From an uncultured delta proteobacterium (GTDB lineage Bacteria > Desulfobacterota > Binatia > Binatales > Binataceae), in assembly GCA_963711565.1 (NCBI GenBank), contig CAVQEQ010000003.1, positions 704,001 through 768,000 of the forward strand: a stretch of 64,000 bases of DNA, given 5' to 3'. The notes beneath the pieces are model-generated. The model saw nothing but the letters and a program-made list of their open reading frames with translations, was not told the origin of the DNA and did not search any database. Below are positions 55,562 to 64,000 of this stretch, in pieces (positions within the stretch are counted from its first letter, which is position 1; every line of letters begins with the position of its first letter). The position numbers and the translations under genes are program-made.

Positions 55562-56381
55562 TGGCTTCCGCATAGCCGTAAATCGTCACGTCTTTCGCGC
55601 GTGCGAGTTCGAGTGTGCGATCGCGTTCGAGAATCAGCGCGACTCCGGCTTCGACGCCGATCATCGCGGCGCCGATTTCGGCCAGCAGATCCACCGTGGC
55701 CGGACCAATCGCCGGCCGATCGAAGCGCAGGTCCTGTCCGGGCTTCGCCGCCTTGGCGATCACCAACCCCGCGCCGACCAGCGCGGCCGCGCGGCGCAGA
55801 GCGGCATCCGTTCCTTCCAGTGCTTCCACGGCGGCGACCATTCCGTCGCGGACCGCGACCGTCTGGCCGATATCGTAGGCGCCGAGTCGGCGCGCAACCG
55901 CGAATGCGAGATCGAGATCGCGCATTCGAGCGGGAGTCGGATCGGGACCGGCGCCGACGCCGGCGCGCGCGATCCAATGCTCGATCATCGGCACCGGATC
56001 GATCATCTTGATGCCTTCGCTTTCGACTTCGCGCGCGACGCCGCGCAGCACGGCGTCGTCGCTGAAGCGCCCGATGTTCGCGAGCATCTTGAGCGCGCGT
56101 GCGTCCGGTGCGAACGAGTCTTTCAGCCGCGCGCGTGAGATGCCGCCCGCCATCGCAGCTTCCGACACGCCGGCGTTTTTGAACACGTCGATTATCTTCT
56201 GCAGCTCGCCGACTTTGATCCATGTGACTTCGCCGGCGATTGAGTCGAGCGCCCGATCGCTTTCATTGAGGTGTGCGACGGCGATGATTTTTATTCCGCG
56301 CGTGCGTGCGGCGCGCGCTACTTCGAGCGGGAAGACGCCGTTGCCCGCGATTAGCCCGAGCTTATTCACGCTCGCGGCCAA
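55554..56381 (-). CDS. lpxI: UDP-2,3-diacylglucosamine diphosphatase LpxI
   Basis: LGLIAGNGVFP, DIGQ, AVEALEGTD, KPGQDLRFDRPAIG. Confidence 0.93.
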   Translation of the reverse strand: MAASVNKLGLIAGNGVFPLEVARAARTRGIKIIAVAHLNESDRALDSIAGEVTWIKVGELQKIIDVFKNAGVSEAAMAGGISRARLKDSFAPDARALKMLANIGRFSDDAVLRGVAREVESEGIKMIDPVPMIEHWIARAGVGAGPDPTPARMRDLDLAFAVARRLGAYDIGQTVAVRDGMVAAVEALEGTDAALRRAAALVGAGLVIAKAAKPGQDLRFDRPAIGPATVDLLAEIGAAMIGVEAGVALILERDRTLELARAKDVTIYGYAEANG

Positions 56382-57156
56382 CGACTCCGCGCTTAGAGTT
56401 GTTGATGAAATCGACCAGGCGCCGCACCTCGGCGAGGTCGCCGTATTCCTCGAGCGTCTTCGCGATCGCGTCCTCGCGCAGCAGCTTGGAGAAGAACAAC
56501 GTACGAATCGCCGACTTCAGCGCCGCGATCGTCTCGGGCTTGAAGCCGCGCCGCTGCAGGCCGACCTCGTTGACGCCCGCCAGCCGTGCGCGCTCGCTGC
56601 CCGCTACCATCGAGTAGGGCGGCACGTCCTGCGCGACCTTGGCGCCGGCGGCGACGATCGCGTGAGTGCCGATGCGCGTGAACTGATGCACGCCGACCTG
56701 GCCCTCGCAAATCGCGTAATCTTCGATCAGGCAGTGGCCAGCCAGCCCGGTGGACGCCGCCAGGATCACGTGGTCGCCGATGATGCAGTCGTGCGCGACG
56801 TGCGCGTAAGTCATTATCAGCGTGTGACTGCCGAGTTTTGTCAGCATTCCGCCGCCTTCGGTGCCGCGGTGGATCGTTGCGAACTCGCGAATCATGTTGT
56901 CGTCGCCGATTTCGACGACCGATGGTTCGCCCTTGAATTTCAGATCCTGGGGTTCCGCGCCGATCGCCGCGAACTGCCAGATGCGATTGCGCTGGCCGAT
57001 GGTGGTGTTGCGCTCGATCACCGCGCTCGCGCCGATCGCCGTGCCCGCGCCAATCTTAACGCCCGGTCCGATGACCGCGCCCGGACCGACTTCGACGCTC
57101 GTGTCGAGCTCGGCGCGTTTGTCGATGACCGCGGAGGAATGGATTTTTCCCGCTAT
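56362..57156 (-). CDS. lpxA: acyl-ACP--UDP-GlcNAc O-acyltransferase (probable ATA start)
   Basis: IHSSAVID hexapeptide repeats, PQDLKF, IREFATIHRGT, HVAHDC, VHQF, NEVGLQRRG. Confidence 0.95.
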   Translation of the reverse strand: MAGKIHSSAVIDKRAELDTSVEVGPGAVIGPGVKIGAGTAIGASAVIERNTTIGQRNRIWQFAAIGAEPQDLKFKGEPSVVEIGDDNMIREFATIHRGTEGGGMLTKLGSHTLIMTYAHVAHDCIIGDHVILAASTGLAGHCLIEDYAICEGQVGVHQFTRIGTHAIVAAGAKVAQDVPPYSMVAGSERARLAGVNEVGLQRRGFKPETIAALKSAIRTLFFSKLLREDAIAKTLEEYGDLAEVRRLVDFINNSKRGVVGRERE

Positions 57157-57614
57157 CGAACTTGCTCCTCGACTTCCATCGCGGACAATTCCGCCTCGGC
57201 CGCCAGCTCGTCGCCGACGTGCGCCTCCGCATGCATTCGCCACAGCGGACGATGAAACTTCGATATTTTTACTTCCATCCGCAGCTGATCGCCCGGGATA
57301 ACGCGGCGCCGAAAGCGCACTTTGTCCAATCCCGTCAGCATGAACAGCCGCGTCGGGTCACCGCCCACTTCGTTGAGTGCCAGGATTGCCGCCGACTGCG
57401 CGAGCGCTTCGACGATTAACACCCCCGGCATCACCGGGTGCCCGGGGAAGTGCCCGGCGAAGTACGGCTCGTTGAAGGTGACGTTTTTGATCGTTACGAC
57501 GCGGCCCTTGGTCAGTTCGATGATGCGATCGACCAGCAGAAATGGATAGCGATGGGGCAGCAGCCCCAGCACGCGCTCGAGCTCCGAGACTTTCGTTTCG
57601 TGGTCGTCAGGCAC
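57153..57614 (-). CDS. fabZ: 3-hydroxyacyl-ACP dehydratase
   Basis: LPHRYPFLLVDR, KNVTFNEPYFAGHFPGHPVMPGVLIVEALAQ. Confidence 0.97.
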   Translation of the reverse strand: MPDDHETKVSELERVLGLLPHRYPFLLVDRIIELTKGRVVTIKNVTFNEPYFAGHFPGHPVMPGVLIVEALAQSAAILALNEVGGDPTRLFMLTGLDKVRFRRRVIPGDQLRMEVKISKFHRPLWRMHAEAHVGDELAAEAELSAMEVEEQVR

Positions 57615-57648
57615 CGGGAGTTACTTCGCGCACGTTGTCTCGGGCGGC

Positions 57649-58305
57649 CTACTTCGAGATGGTCGATTTCTTGGCCGCATCGGTACCGAACTCCGACGGC
57701 TGCGACGCCCCCGCCGGATCGTCGTCGCCCTGCATGCTCGCGGGCGCTACGGCGCCACCCGGCCCTTCGCCGACGGTGCCAATCGTCACGTGCATCGCGT
57801 TGTAGCTGCGGATCACCTGGTCGGTGATATCGATATTCGGCGCGCCCCAGAGAATCGATCCCTTCTCGAACACCATCGTGTAGTTGTCGCGCTCGCCCAG
57901 CGTGCGGATGACTTGCGCGAGGTCGTGCACGATCTTCGCCGTGACCTCCTGGTCCTTCGCCTGCAACTCATCCTTCGAGTCCTTGTAGTCGCGCTCGAAG
58001 TCCTTGAGCTTTTCCATGTACTGGTCCTGCAGGGCCTGGCGCTGATCGGCGTTCATCAGCATGCCCTTTTTCTCCATCTCATCCTTGAGCGCCTGGACCT
58101 CGTTCTGCTGCCGCTGCAGGTGACCCTCGAGCGTAGTGACCTTGCCCTGGAAGTCGGCTTTGGCGCGCTTGCCGGCGTCGCATTCGTTCAGGGCCCGTTG
58201 CACATCGACATAGGCAAACTTGAACTCGGCGTGCGCGGGAACTGCCGCCAACGTCACCGCGAGGAACGCACCAAACATCGCACTAATGAACAACCGTTGC
58301 CTCAT
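57649..58305 (-). CDS. skp: OmpH/Skp periplasmic chaperone
   Basis: Signal peptide, KFAYVDVQRAL, coiled coil, DITDQVI; after bamA. Confidence 0.9.
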   Translation of the reverse strand: MRQRLFISAMFGAFLAVTLAAVPAHAEFKFAYVDVQRALNECDAGKRAKADFQGKVTTLEGHLQRQQNEVQALKDEMEKKGMLMNADQRQALQDQYMEKLKDFERDYKDSKDELQAKDQEVTAKIVHDLAQVIRTLGERDNYTMVFEKGSILWGAPNIDITDQVIRSYNAMHVTIGTVGEGPGGAVAPASMQGDDDPAGASQPSEFGTDAAKKSTISK

Positions 58306-58483
58306 ACAGCCGGGAAACCCTCCTGTTGACTGACTACCTGAAACGGCGAAACACGTTCGCACGGGCGCGCCTCTGGTGCATCGGAAATATACACAATAGT
58401 ACCTCGTCGAGCATCAAATCCAGTTGCATTCGACCTGTCTCGCCGATGTTTGTCGAAAAATTCGTTTGAGCCGGTTCGCGAAG

Positions 58484-60913
58484 CTACAGCGGCGAGCCGG
58501 CGCCGACTTCAAACACGGTGCTCTGGTCGGCCGGCCGCGGGTTGATCGGAAAAGCGACATCCACCGCCAGCGGCCCGAATGGCGATTTCCAGCGGATGCC
58601 GATTCCAAACGACGCCTGCAGCTTGTCGATATCGATATTGTCCTTGAGCAGGAACGATTGGCCGGCGTCGCTGAACACCACCCCGCGAATACCCAGGCCC
58701 GACAAGATCGGGAACGTGATCTCGTTGCTCAGCAGCAATTCCTTGCTGCCGCCGACGTCCTGCACGCTCAGCGGGGTGCCGTTCTGGCTGAAGATCGTAA
58801 CCTGCGGCCCCAACGAATACAGCTGATAGCCGCGCACGTCGCCCGGTCCGCCGACACCGCCGGGGAAGAATCGCTCGTACAGCGGCAACTCGCCGCCGGT
58901 CCCGCTTTCGAGGTTGGTCCCGATACCGTAGGTGATGCCCTGCGACACCACGAACGTCCCCAGCGTCTGGCTCTTCAGGAACGGGTAGAAATATCTGAAA
59001 TGCGCGACGCCCTTGATGAACGAGTTGGTGCCGCCGAGTCCGCCGAACTGCAGGCTGAGAGTCTCGACCGTGCCGGTGCGCGGGTCGGTTGGATTGTCCA
59101 CCGTGAAGCGGCGAAACGTCGGCGTGAATTCGGAAGTCTGCGTGTAACCCTTGTAGCGCGCGATTTGATAAGTCGTGAACTGATTCAGCCCGGTGATGCC
59201 GATGCTCTGGTACGAGTAGCCCAGTCCCACCGTGATGTTTTTCAGCGAGAACGGCCCGAGTTTCTTGAAGCCGAGCTCAGTCAGCGGATAGCTCGTCGTC
59301 AAGGTGAAGCCGGCCGACGACTGGTTGAAGCTCAGCAGGTAGGTTTTGTTGTCGAACAACTGCACGCCCACCGACAGCGGAATATCCAGGAACCACGGCT
59401 CGGTGTAACTGATGCTGTAGTTCTGGAACAGAAATCCGACCTGCGCATTGGCGATGAGCGATTCGCCGCCGCCGAACAGGTTGGTGTTGCCCAGCGTGAA
59501 GTTACCGAACACCGATTGATAGCTGTCGAAGCCGCCCGCCACCGAGAACGTCGCGGTGTTCGCCTCGGTCACGTTAACGTCGAGGTCGATCTTGTCGGGC
59601 TGCGACGCCGGCGCGGTCGTGATGCGCGTGTCGCTGAAGAATCCCAGCCGTTGCAGCCGCGCCTGCGAATCGCGGATCTCCTCGGCGCTGTACGGCTCCT
59701 GCTCCTGCAGCTGGATCTCGCGGCGGATTACCTTGTCGGAGGTCTTGGTGTTGCCGCTGATATTGATGCGGTCGATCAGCACTTCGTGGCCGGGATTTAT
59801 CACGAACACCACGTTGACCCGCTTGACGGTGTGGACGAGCTGCGTGCGCGGATCGACGTTGACGTAAGCGTAGCCGCGGTTCGAGTAGAAATCCGACAGC
59901 GCCAGCACCTGCCGCTGCAACGACGAGCCGCGGAACAGTTGCCCGCTCTTCATCGTCAGCAGCTTGCGCAATTCCCGGCGCGGAAACTTCAGGTTGCCCT
60001 CGATGTCGATATGGCCGACCCGGTACGGCGTGCCCTCGTCGATCGTTATGACAATCGTAATATGGCCGCCGCTGCGCTGCACCGCCGGCGGCGCAATCTG
60101 CACGTTCAGGTAGCCGTTGTCGTAGTAAAACGCCGTCAGGCGATCGACGTCCTCCTGCAGTTTCTTCTGGTCGAGCGCGCCCCAGCCGGTGAGCCAGCTC
60201 AGGAGTTTGCTGTAGGTTTTCGTCTCCATGTTGCTCGCGAGCACCGAAGACGTAAACGCGTGGTTGCCGACGAAATCGATCTTGGTGATCTGGACCTTCG
60301 ATCCTTCCACCACGTCGAACTCGCCGAAGGCCGTGTTGTCGGGCTGCGGGATTGGCTTGAAGGTCACCTTGGCGTCGGTGTAGCCCGCGTCCGCGTAAAC
60401 TTGCGTGATGTTGTTGATCGTCTCCTTGACCGCGACCGGATCGAGAATCGTCCCCGGATGCAACTTCATCGCGGCGACTATCTTGTCGTCGTTCGAGCGG
60501 ATCGCCTTCATCCCGTACAGCTTGACGTCGGTAATCTGCGGGCGCTCCTTAACGTAATAGACCAGCACGCTCTGGCCGCCCTGCTGCACGACGTGCGCGC
60601 TTACATCCGAGAAGAAGCCGAGCCGATCAATCGACTTGATGTCGGCGTCGACCGCCGCCGTATCCAGCGGCTGGCCTACCTGTTGTGTGATGTGGATCCG
60701 AATCGCGTCTTCTTCGACGCGTTGATTGCCGACGATCTCAATCTTGGAGATTACCGGCGCCTGCGCGCGCGCGACCGATGCCGCGAAGATCGCGGCGAGC
60801 AAGATCGCCACTGTCAATGCACCGCCGGCGGGCAATAGTGCGCGCTTGGGACGGCGAAGCCCGCAAAATAGCGGCGCGCGCGACGGGCGCGCGTTGAATT
60901 TTCCGGATGTCAC
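58484..60913 (-). CDS. bamA: outer membrane protein assembly factor BamA (start uncertain)
   Basis: POTRA repeats (GNQRVE, GNTKTSDKVIRRE), VRGY, GIRWKSPFGPL. Confidence 0.95.
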   Translation of the reverse strand: MTSGKFNARPSRAPLFCGLRRPKRALLPAGGALTVAILLAAIFAASVARAQAPVISKIEIVGNQRVEEDAIRIHITQQVGQPLDTAAVDADIKSIDRLGFFSDVSAHVVQQGGQSVLVYYVKERPQITDVKLYGMKAIRSNDDKIVAAMKLHPGTILDPVAVKETINNITQVYADAGYTDAKVTFKPIPQPDNTAFGEFDVVEGSKVQITKIDFVGNHAFTSSVLASNMETKTYSKLLSWLTGWGALDQKKLQEDVDRLTAFYYDNGYLNVQIAPPAVQRSGGHITIVITIDEGTPYRVGHIDIEGNLKFPRRELRKLLTMKSGQLFRGSSLQRQVLALSDFYSNRGYAYVNVDPRTQLVHTVKRVNVVFVINPGHEVLIDRINISGNTKTSDKVIRREIQLQEQEPYSAEEIRDSQARLQRLGFFSDTRITTAPASQPDKIDLDVNVTEANTATFSVAGGFDSYQSVFGNFTLGNTNLFGGGESLIANAQVGFLFQNYSISYTEPWFLDIPLSVGVQLFDNKTYLLSFNQSSAGFTLTTSYPLTELGFKKLGPFSLKNITVGLGYSYQSIGITGLNQFTTYQIARYKGYTQTSEFTPTFRRFTVDNPTDPRTGTVETLSLQFGGLGGTNSFIKGVAHFRYFYPFLKSQTLGTFVVSQGITYGIGTNLESGTGGELPLYERFFPGGVGGPGDVRGYQLYSLGPQVTIFSQNGTPLSVQDVGGSKELLLSNEITFPILSGLGIRGVVFSDAGQSFLLKDNIDIDKLQASFGIGIRWKSPFGPLAVDVAFPINPRPADQSTVFEVGAGSPL

Positions 60914-61050
60914 TCAAACACACTAAAAACGGCGACCAAACTAGCCAATCGTGTCCCCCATGTAAATGGAACTTCCGCCAGCGCCTAAATTGTTACGCAC
61001 AGGCGTCAGTAGACGCTGCGGAGTTCTTCGCGTCCGCTCTTAATCCCTAA

Positions 61051-61220
61051 CCTCTCCTTGTCCGAGGAGAGGTCGGCGTAAGCCGCGTGCAGCGCGGTGT
61101 CGCCGGGAGAGGTTCAACGCCAGACACTGCGCCCTCCCTAACTCAGCGTTGCGAGTCTGAAGGTCTTGCGGCGCCGGGCGTCGCACCTCTCCCTAACCCT
61201 CTCCTCGGACAAGGAGAGGG
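61051..61220. repeat. inverted pair of REP-like palindromes (REPIN-like)
   Basis: CCTCTCCTTGTCCGAGGAGAGG (61051-61072) is the exact reverse complement of 61198-61219. Confidence 0.8.
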
Positions 61221-61236
61221 CACTGGATCCCAATCG

Positions 61237-61965
61237 TCACCGGCGCTCGTCTACCAGCTTTCCTTCATTCAGCCGCAGCGCGCGGCCGACGCTGCGGGTC
61301 AATTGCTCGTTATGCGTCGCGATCACCAGCGTGATTCCCAGCTCGCGATTGAGCTTGTGAAACAGCGCATGAACTTCTTCCGCCGTATGCGGATCGAGAT
61401 TGCCCGTGGGTTCGTCCGCCAGCAGCAGCTTTGGCCGTAGCACCACCGCGCGCGCCACGGCGACGCGTTGCTGCTCGCCACCGGACAGTTCCGCCAGGCG
61501 CTTGAGCTTGTCGCCAAGGCCCACCATTTCGAGCATCTCGGTCGCGCGCCGGCTCGCTTCAGCGTCGTCGATACGGCCGATCAGCGCCGGCATCATCACG
61601 TTCTCCAGCGCGGTAAAATCGGCCAGCAGGTAATGGAACTGGAAAACGAATCCCAGTTTCAGGTTGCGGAACTCGGCCAGCGATTTCTGATCGAGGGCGA
61701 ACAAATCTTCGCCTTCGAAATAGACTTTGCCCGCGGTCGGCTCTTCGAGGCTGCCGATTATATGCAGCAGGGTGGACTTGCCGGTGCCCGATTGGCCCAC
61801 CACCGCGATCTCCTCGCCCGCCTCGACGTTGAGGTCCAGATTGCGCAGCACACGAATCTCGCGATCGGCGTCGTAGAATGTCTTGTCCAGGCCGCGCACT
61901 TCGATAAGACGCCCGGTCGCGGTTTTCGGTTTCGCCTTCGATGCCGCGGCGCGCGCCTCACTCAT
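61237..61965 (-). CDS. lolD: lipoprotein-releasing ABC ATPase LolD
   Basis: GQSGTGKST, GFVFQFHYLL, LSGGEQQR, ADEPTGNLD; follows lolC/E. Confidence 0.88.
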   Translation of the reverse strand: MSEARAAASKAKPKTATGRLIEVRGLDKTFYDADREIRVLRNLDLNVEAGEEIAVVGQSGTGKSTLLHIIGSLEEPTAGKVYFEGEDLFALDQKSLAEFRNLKLGFVFQFHYLLADFTALENVMMPALIGRIDDAEASRRATEMLEMVGLGDKLKRLAELSGGEQQRVAVARAVVLRPKLLLADEPTGNLDPHTAEEVHALFHKLNRELGITLVIATHNEQLTRSVGRALRLNEGKLVDERR

Positions 61966-63238
61966 AGCGAATCACCTCGACCGGCGAGAGCCTTGCAGCT
62001 TGCAATGCGGGGTAAATTGCCGCTGCTAGGCACACCGTGATCGTTGCCACCGCGACCAGGATAAAGTTCCACGGATTCAGCTGCACCGGCACCGCGCTCA
62101 CCATGAACATGTCGGCCGGCAGATGAATCAACTGATACTTGCCGATGAGGAACACCGTCGCGAGCGCCGCGCTCTCGCCAATCAGCGTGCCGGCAACGCC
62201 CAGCGCCGCGCCCTGGGTCAGAAAGATCGATGCCACCGACGCCGCTCGCGCACCCATCGTGCGCACCATTGCGATCTCCTTGCGCCGCTCCATCACCATC
62301 ATCACCAGCGTTGCAATTATATTGAAAGCAGCCACCAGCACGATCAGCAGCAGCACCAGAAAGTAGGTCAAGTTCTCCAGCTTGAGCGCGGCGAATAGCG
62401 GCGCATTGGCTGTCGTCCAGTCCTTCACCTCGAAATCTGGTCCCGCCATCGCCGCGATCTTGTCGCGGACCGCGGGCGCGTCGAACATGTTGACCAGCCG
62501 CAATTCGAGTCCGCTCTCGAGCGACGAATCGTCGGCCAGCAGCGCGCGTCCGTCCTTCAAGGCGACAAACACCAGCGTCGAATCGAAGTCGTACATGCCG
62601 GAATGAAAGAATCCTGTCACCACGAATCGCTTGAGGCGCGGCGGCCCGATTCCTGCTCCCAGGCTGGCAGGCGAAATCAGTATCACCGCGTCGCCGGGCC
62701 GCACTCCCAGCTCGAACGCCAGTGACTTGCCGAGAATCGCGCCGGGTAGTTGGACGACTCGTTTGACGCCCTTATCGACGATTGTCACCGGATGTGTGGT
62801 CTCGAGATCCGCCAGCGTTCCGTTCTCGAGCGTGTCTTTCAATTCCTTCAGCACCGCATTGTCGTGCGGCTGGACCCCGCGGAGAATTCCGCCCGACACG
62901 AGACCCGGCGCGCCCGAGTCCGCGCTCGAGACCGCCATCACCTGCGAGGTGACGAACGGCGCCGCCGCCACCACTCCCGGCATCGCGGCGATCTTCTTTT
63001 CGAGCTCGCTCGGATTCCACACTCCGCCGTCGGTGCGTTCGACCGTTACCTGCGGCGTAAACGCGAGCAGCCGCCCGCGCAAATCTTTCTCGAACCCGCT
63101 CATCACCGACAACGCGACACACAAGGCGAACGTCCCGATCGCGATGCCGGCGAGTGAGATGATAGCGATCACGGATACGAATCGCTCGCGCCGGCGTGCC
63201 CGCAAATATCGGAGTCCAATCAGGAATTCGTAGCGCAA
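61958..63238 (-). CDS. lolE: lipoprotein-releasing ABC permease LolC/E
   Basis: IGLRYLRA, LSVMSGF, VAAFNIIATL, EIAMVRTMGA, YPA...P.E.IRYE. Confidence 0.88.
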   Translation of the reverse strand: MRYEFLIGLRYLRARRRERFVSVIAIISLAGIAIGTFALCVALSVMSGFEKDLRGRLLAFTPQVTVERTDGGVWNPSELEKKIAAMPGVVAAAPFVTSQVMAVSSADSGAPGLVSGGILRGVQPHDNAVLKELKDTLENGTLADLETTHPVTIVDKGVKRVVQLPGAILGKSLAFELGVRPGDAVILISPASLGAGIGPPRLKRFVVTGFFHSGMYDFDSTLVFVALKDGRALLADDSSLESGLELRLVNMFDAPAVRDKIAAMAGPDFEVKDWTTANAPLFAALKLENLTYFLVLLLIVLVAAFNIIATLVMMVMERRKEIAMVRTMGARAASVASIFLTQGAALGVAGTLIGESAALATVFLIGKYQLIHLPADMFMVSAVPVQLNPWNFILVAVATITVCLAAAIYPALQAARLSPVEVIRYE

Positions 63239-63254
63239 CCCGTCACCCTTGCGT

Positions 63255-63315
63255 TCTTACCTCGCCCGTTTTACGGGAGAGGCGACCGGCCGCAACGCGG
63301 CCGGCAGGTGAGGGT
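63255..63315. repeat. REP-like palindromic element (inverted copy of 4476-4538)
   Basis: TCTTACCTCGCCCG-tttta-CGGGAGAGG...GGCCGC-aac-GCGGCC...GGTGAGGG. Confidence 0.75.
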
Positions 63316-63506
63316 TCCGCGGCCCCGGCGGCGATTGAAGCAACGAGCGGCCGTCGCACTTCTATTTTCCTGGATTGAATCAAATCGGGTTGGTGATCGT
63401 CATAGTCGCCGAGCACTGTGACATTTGCAACAATTGCGGGTTGCACACCGCGGCGGTCGTGAAATATGCTCACGTCGCTTTGACCCGAAATTGCGGAGGA
63501 TGCTCG

Positions 63507-64000
63507 ATGAGCCGTTTTTTGCTTGGGGCGCTGACCGCCGCACTGCTGTTCTTATCCTCAAATAACTTCTCATCTTCCGCCTTCGCCGCAGATCCTGACG
63601 GGCTGCCTCCCCAGAATACCGTTACGATGAATTTCCAGAACGTGGATATTCCCGTTCTCGCCAAGTTCATCTCCGAGATCACCGGCCGTAACTTCATCAT
63701 CGACGAATCCGTGCGCGGCAAGGTTACGATCATCTCACCGAGCAAAGTCACTCCCGAGCAGGCCTACTCGATCTTTCAGTCCGTGCTCCAGGTAAAAGGC
63801 TTCACCACCGTCCAGGCCGGCAAGGTCATCAAAATCGAGCCCGCGCGCAACGTGCGCTCGAACGCCAAGCTTACCCAATCGCAGACTCCCGCCGAGTCCA
63901 GCGGCGACGAGTACGTCACGCGGATGGTGCGGCTCAAGAATATCGAAGCCGCTTCGGTTATAGGCGTCATCCAGCCGATGGTCTCGCACGACGGCCTGGT
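63507..64000 (+). CDS. gspD: type II secretion secretin GspD (partial, runs off window end)
   Basis: GGAGG RBS; MSRFLLGAL... signal peptide, VTMNFQNVDIPVLAKFISEITGRNFIIDESVRGKVTIISP N0 domain. Confidence 0.88.
   Translation, partial: MSRFLLGALTAALLFLSSNNFSSSAFAADPDGLPPQNTVTMNFQNVDIPVLAKFISEITGRNFIIDESVRGKVTIISPSKVTPEQAYSIFQSVLQVKGFTTVQAGKVIKIEPARNVRSNAKLTQSQTPAESSGDEYVTRMVRLKNIEAASVIGVIQPMVSHDGL

Noticed and set aside
58424-60838. 804-aa ORF on + strand
   Set aside because: Antisense shadow of bamA; no recognisable motifs; expected from GC-rich codon bias.
61480-61510. LolD appears one residue short before LSGGEQQR (KRLAELSGG, no Pro)
   Set aside because: In frame, and could be a local sequence error; cannot be interpreted without reads.
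63417-63432. TGTGA-N6-CAACA CRP/FNR-like site upstream of gspD
   Set aside because: Only one half-site matches well; too weak without conservation data.
1-64000. CRISPR arrays, tRNA/rRNA genes, transposases, integrases, prophage genes
   Set aside because: No regularly spaced repeats, RNA gene signatures or recombinase/phage motifs seen by eye.

Overview
GC-rich bacterial chromosomal window of a diderm. Its gene order is deltaproteobacterial-like, and Candidatus Binatota is a plausible but unverified guess. The backbone is housekeeping and envelope genes: amgK-murU, nuoA/C/D, LPS glycosyltransferases and kinases, yicC-gmk-relA/spoT-ridA, the lipid A/OM cluster lolCE-lolD-bamA-skp-fabZ-lpxA-lpxI-(gnnA-like)...lpxB-msbA-waaA-lpxK, and the start of gspD. 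Three accessory modules stand out. (1) At 6.2-8.9 kb, a membrane protein has both PmoC/AmoC-type copper-ligand motifs (D-x3-H-x12-H and D-x3-H-x13-H). It is paired with an exported His-rich protein of PmoB-like topology, upstream of a FAD monooxygenase and EthD, and is a candidate divergent copper membrane monooxygenase. (2) At 23.8-26.4 kb, a lower-GC three-gene island is bounded by a perfect 19-bp direct repeat of the M28 peptidase 3' end. It encodes a CmdT-like ADP-ribosyltransferase toxin, a HEAT-repeat protein and a TIGR04255-like protein, and is a candidate anti-phage system. (3) At 47.5-54.6 kb, a copper cluster (2x SCO, 2x PCYCGC, an orphan COX2-like domain with an altered CuA motif, rhodanese, MauE, OM barrel, CopC, CopD, CutF-like leader) sits inside the lipid A operon. 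Several frameshifts and Asp-to-Asn changes cluster at GACGTC/GTCGAC and look like methylation-linked sequencing errors. All family assignments come from motif recognition by eye; no database search was run.
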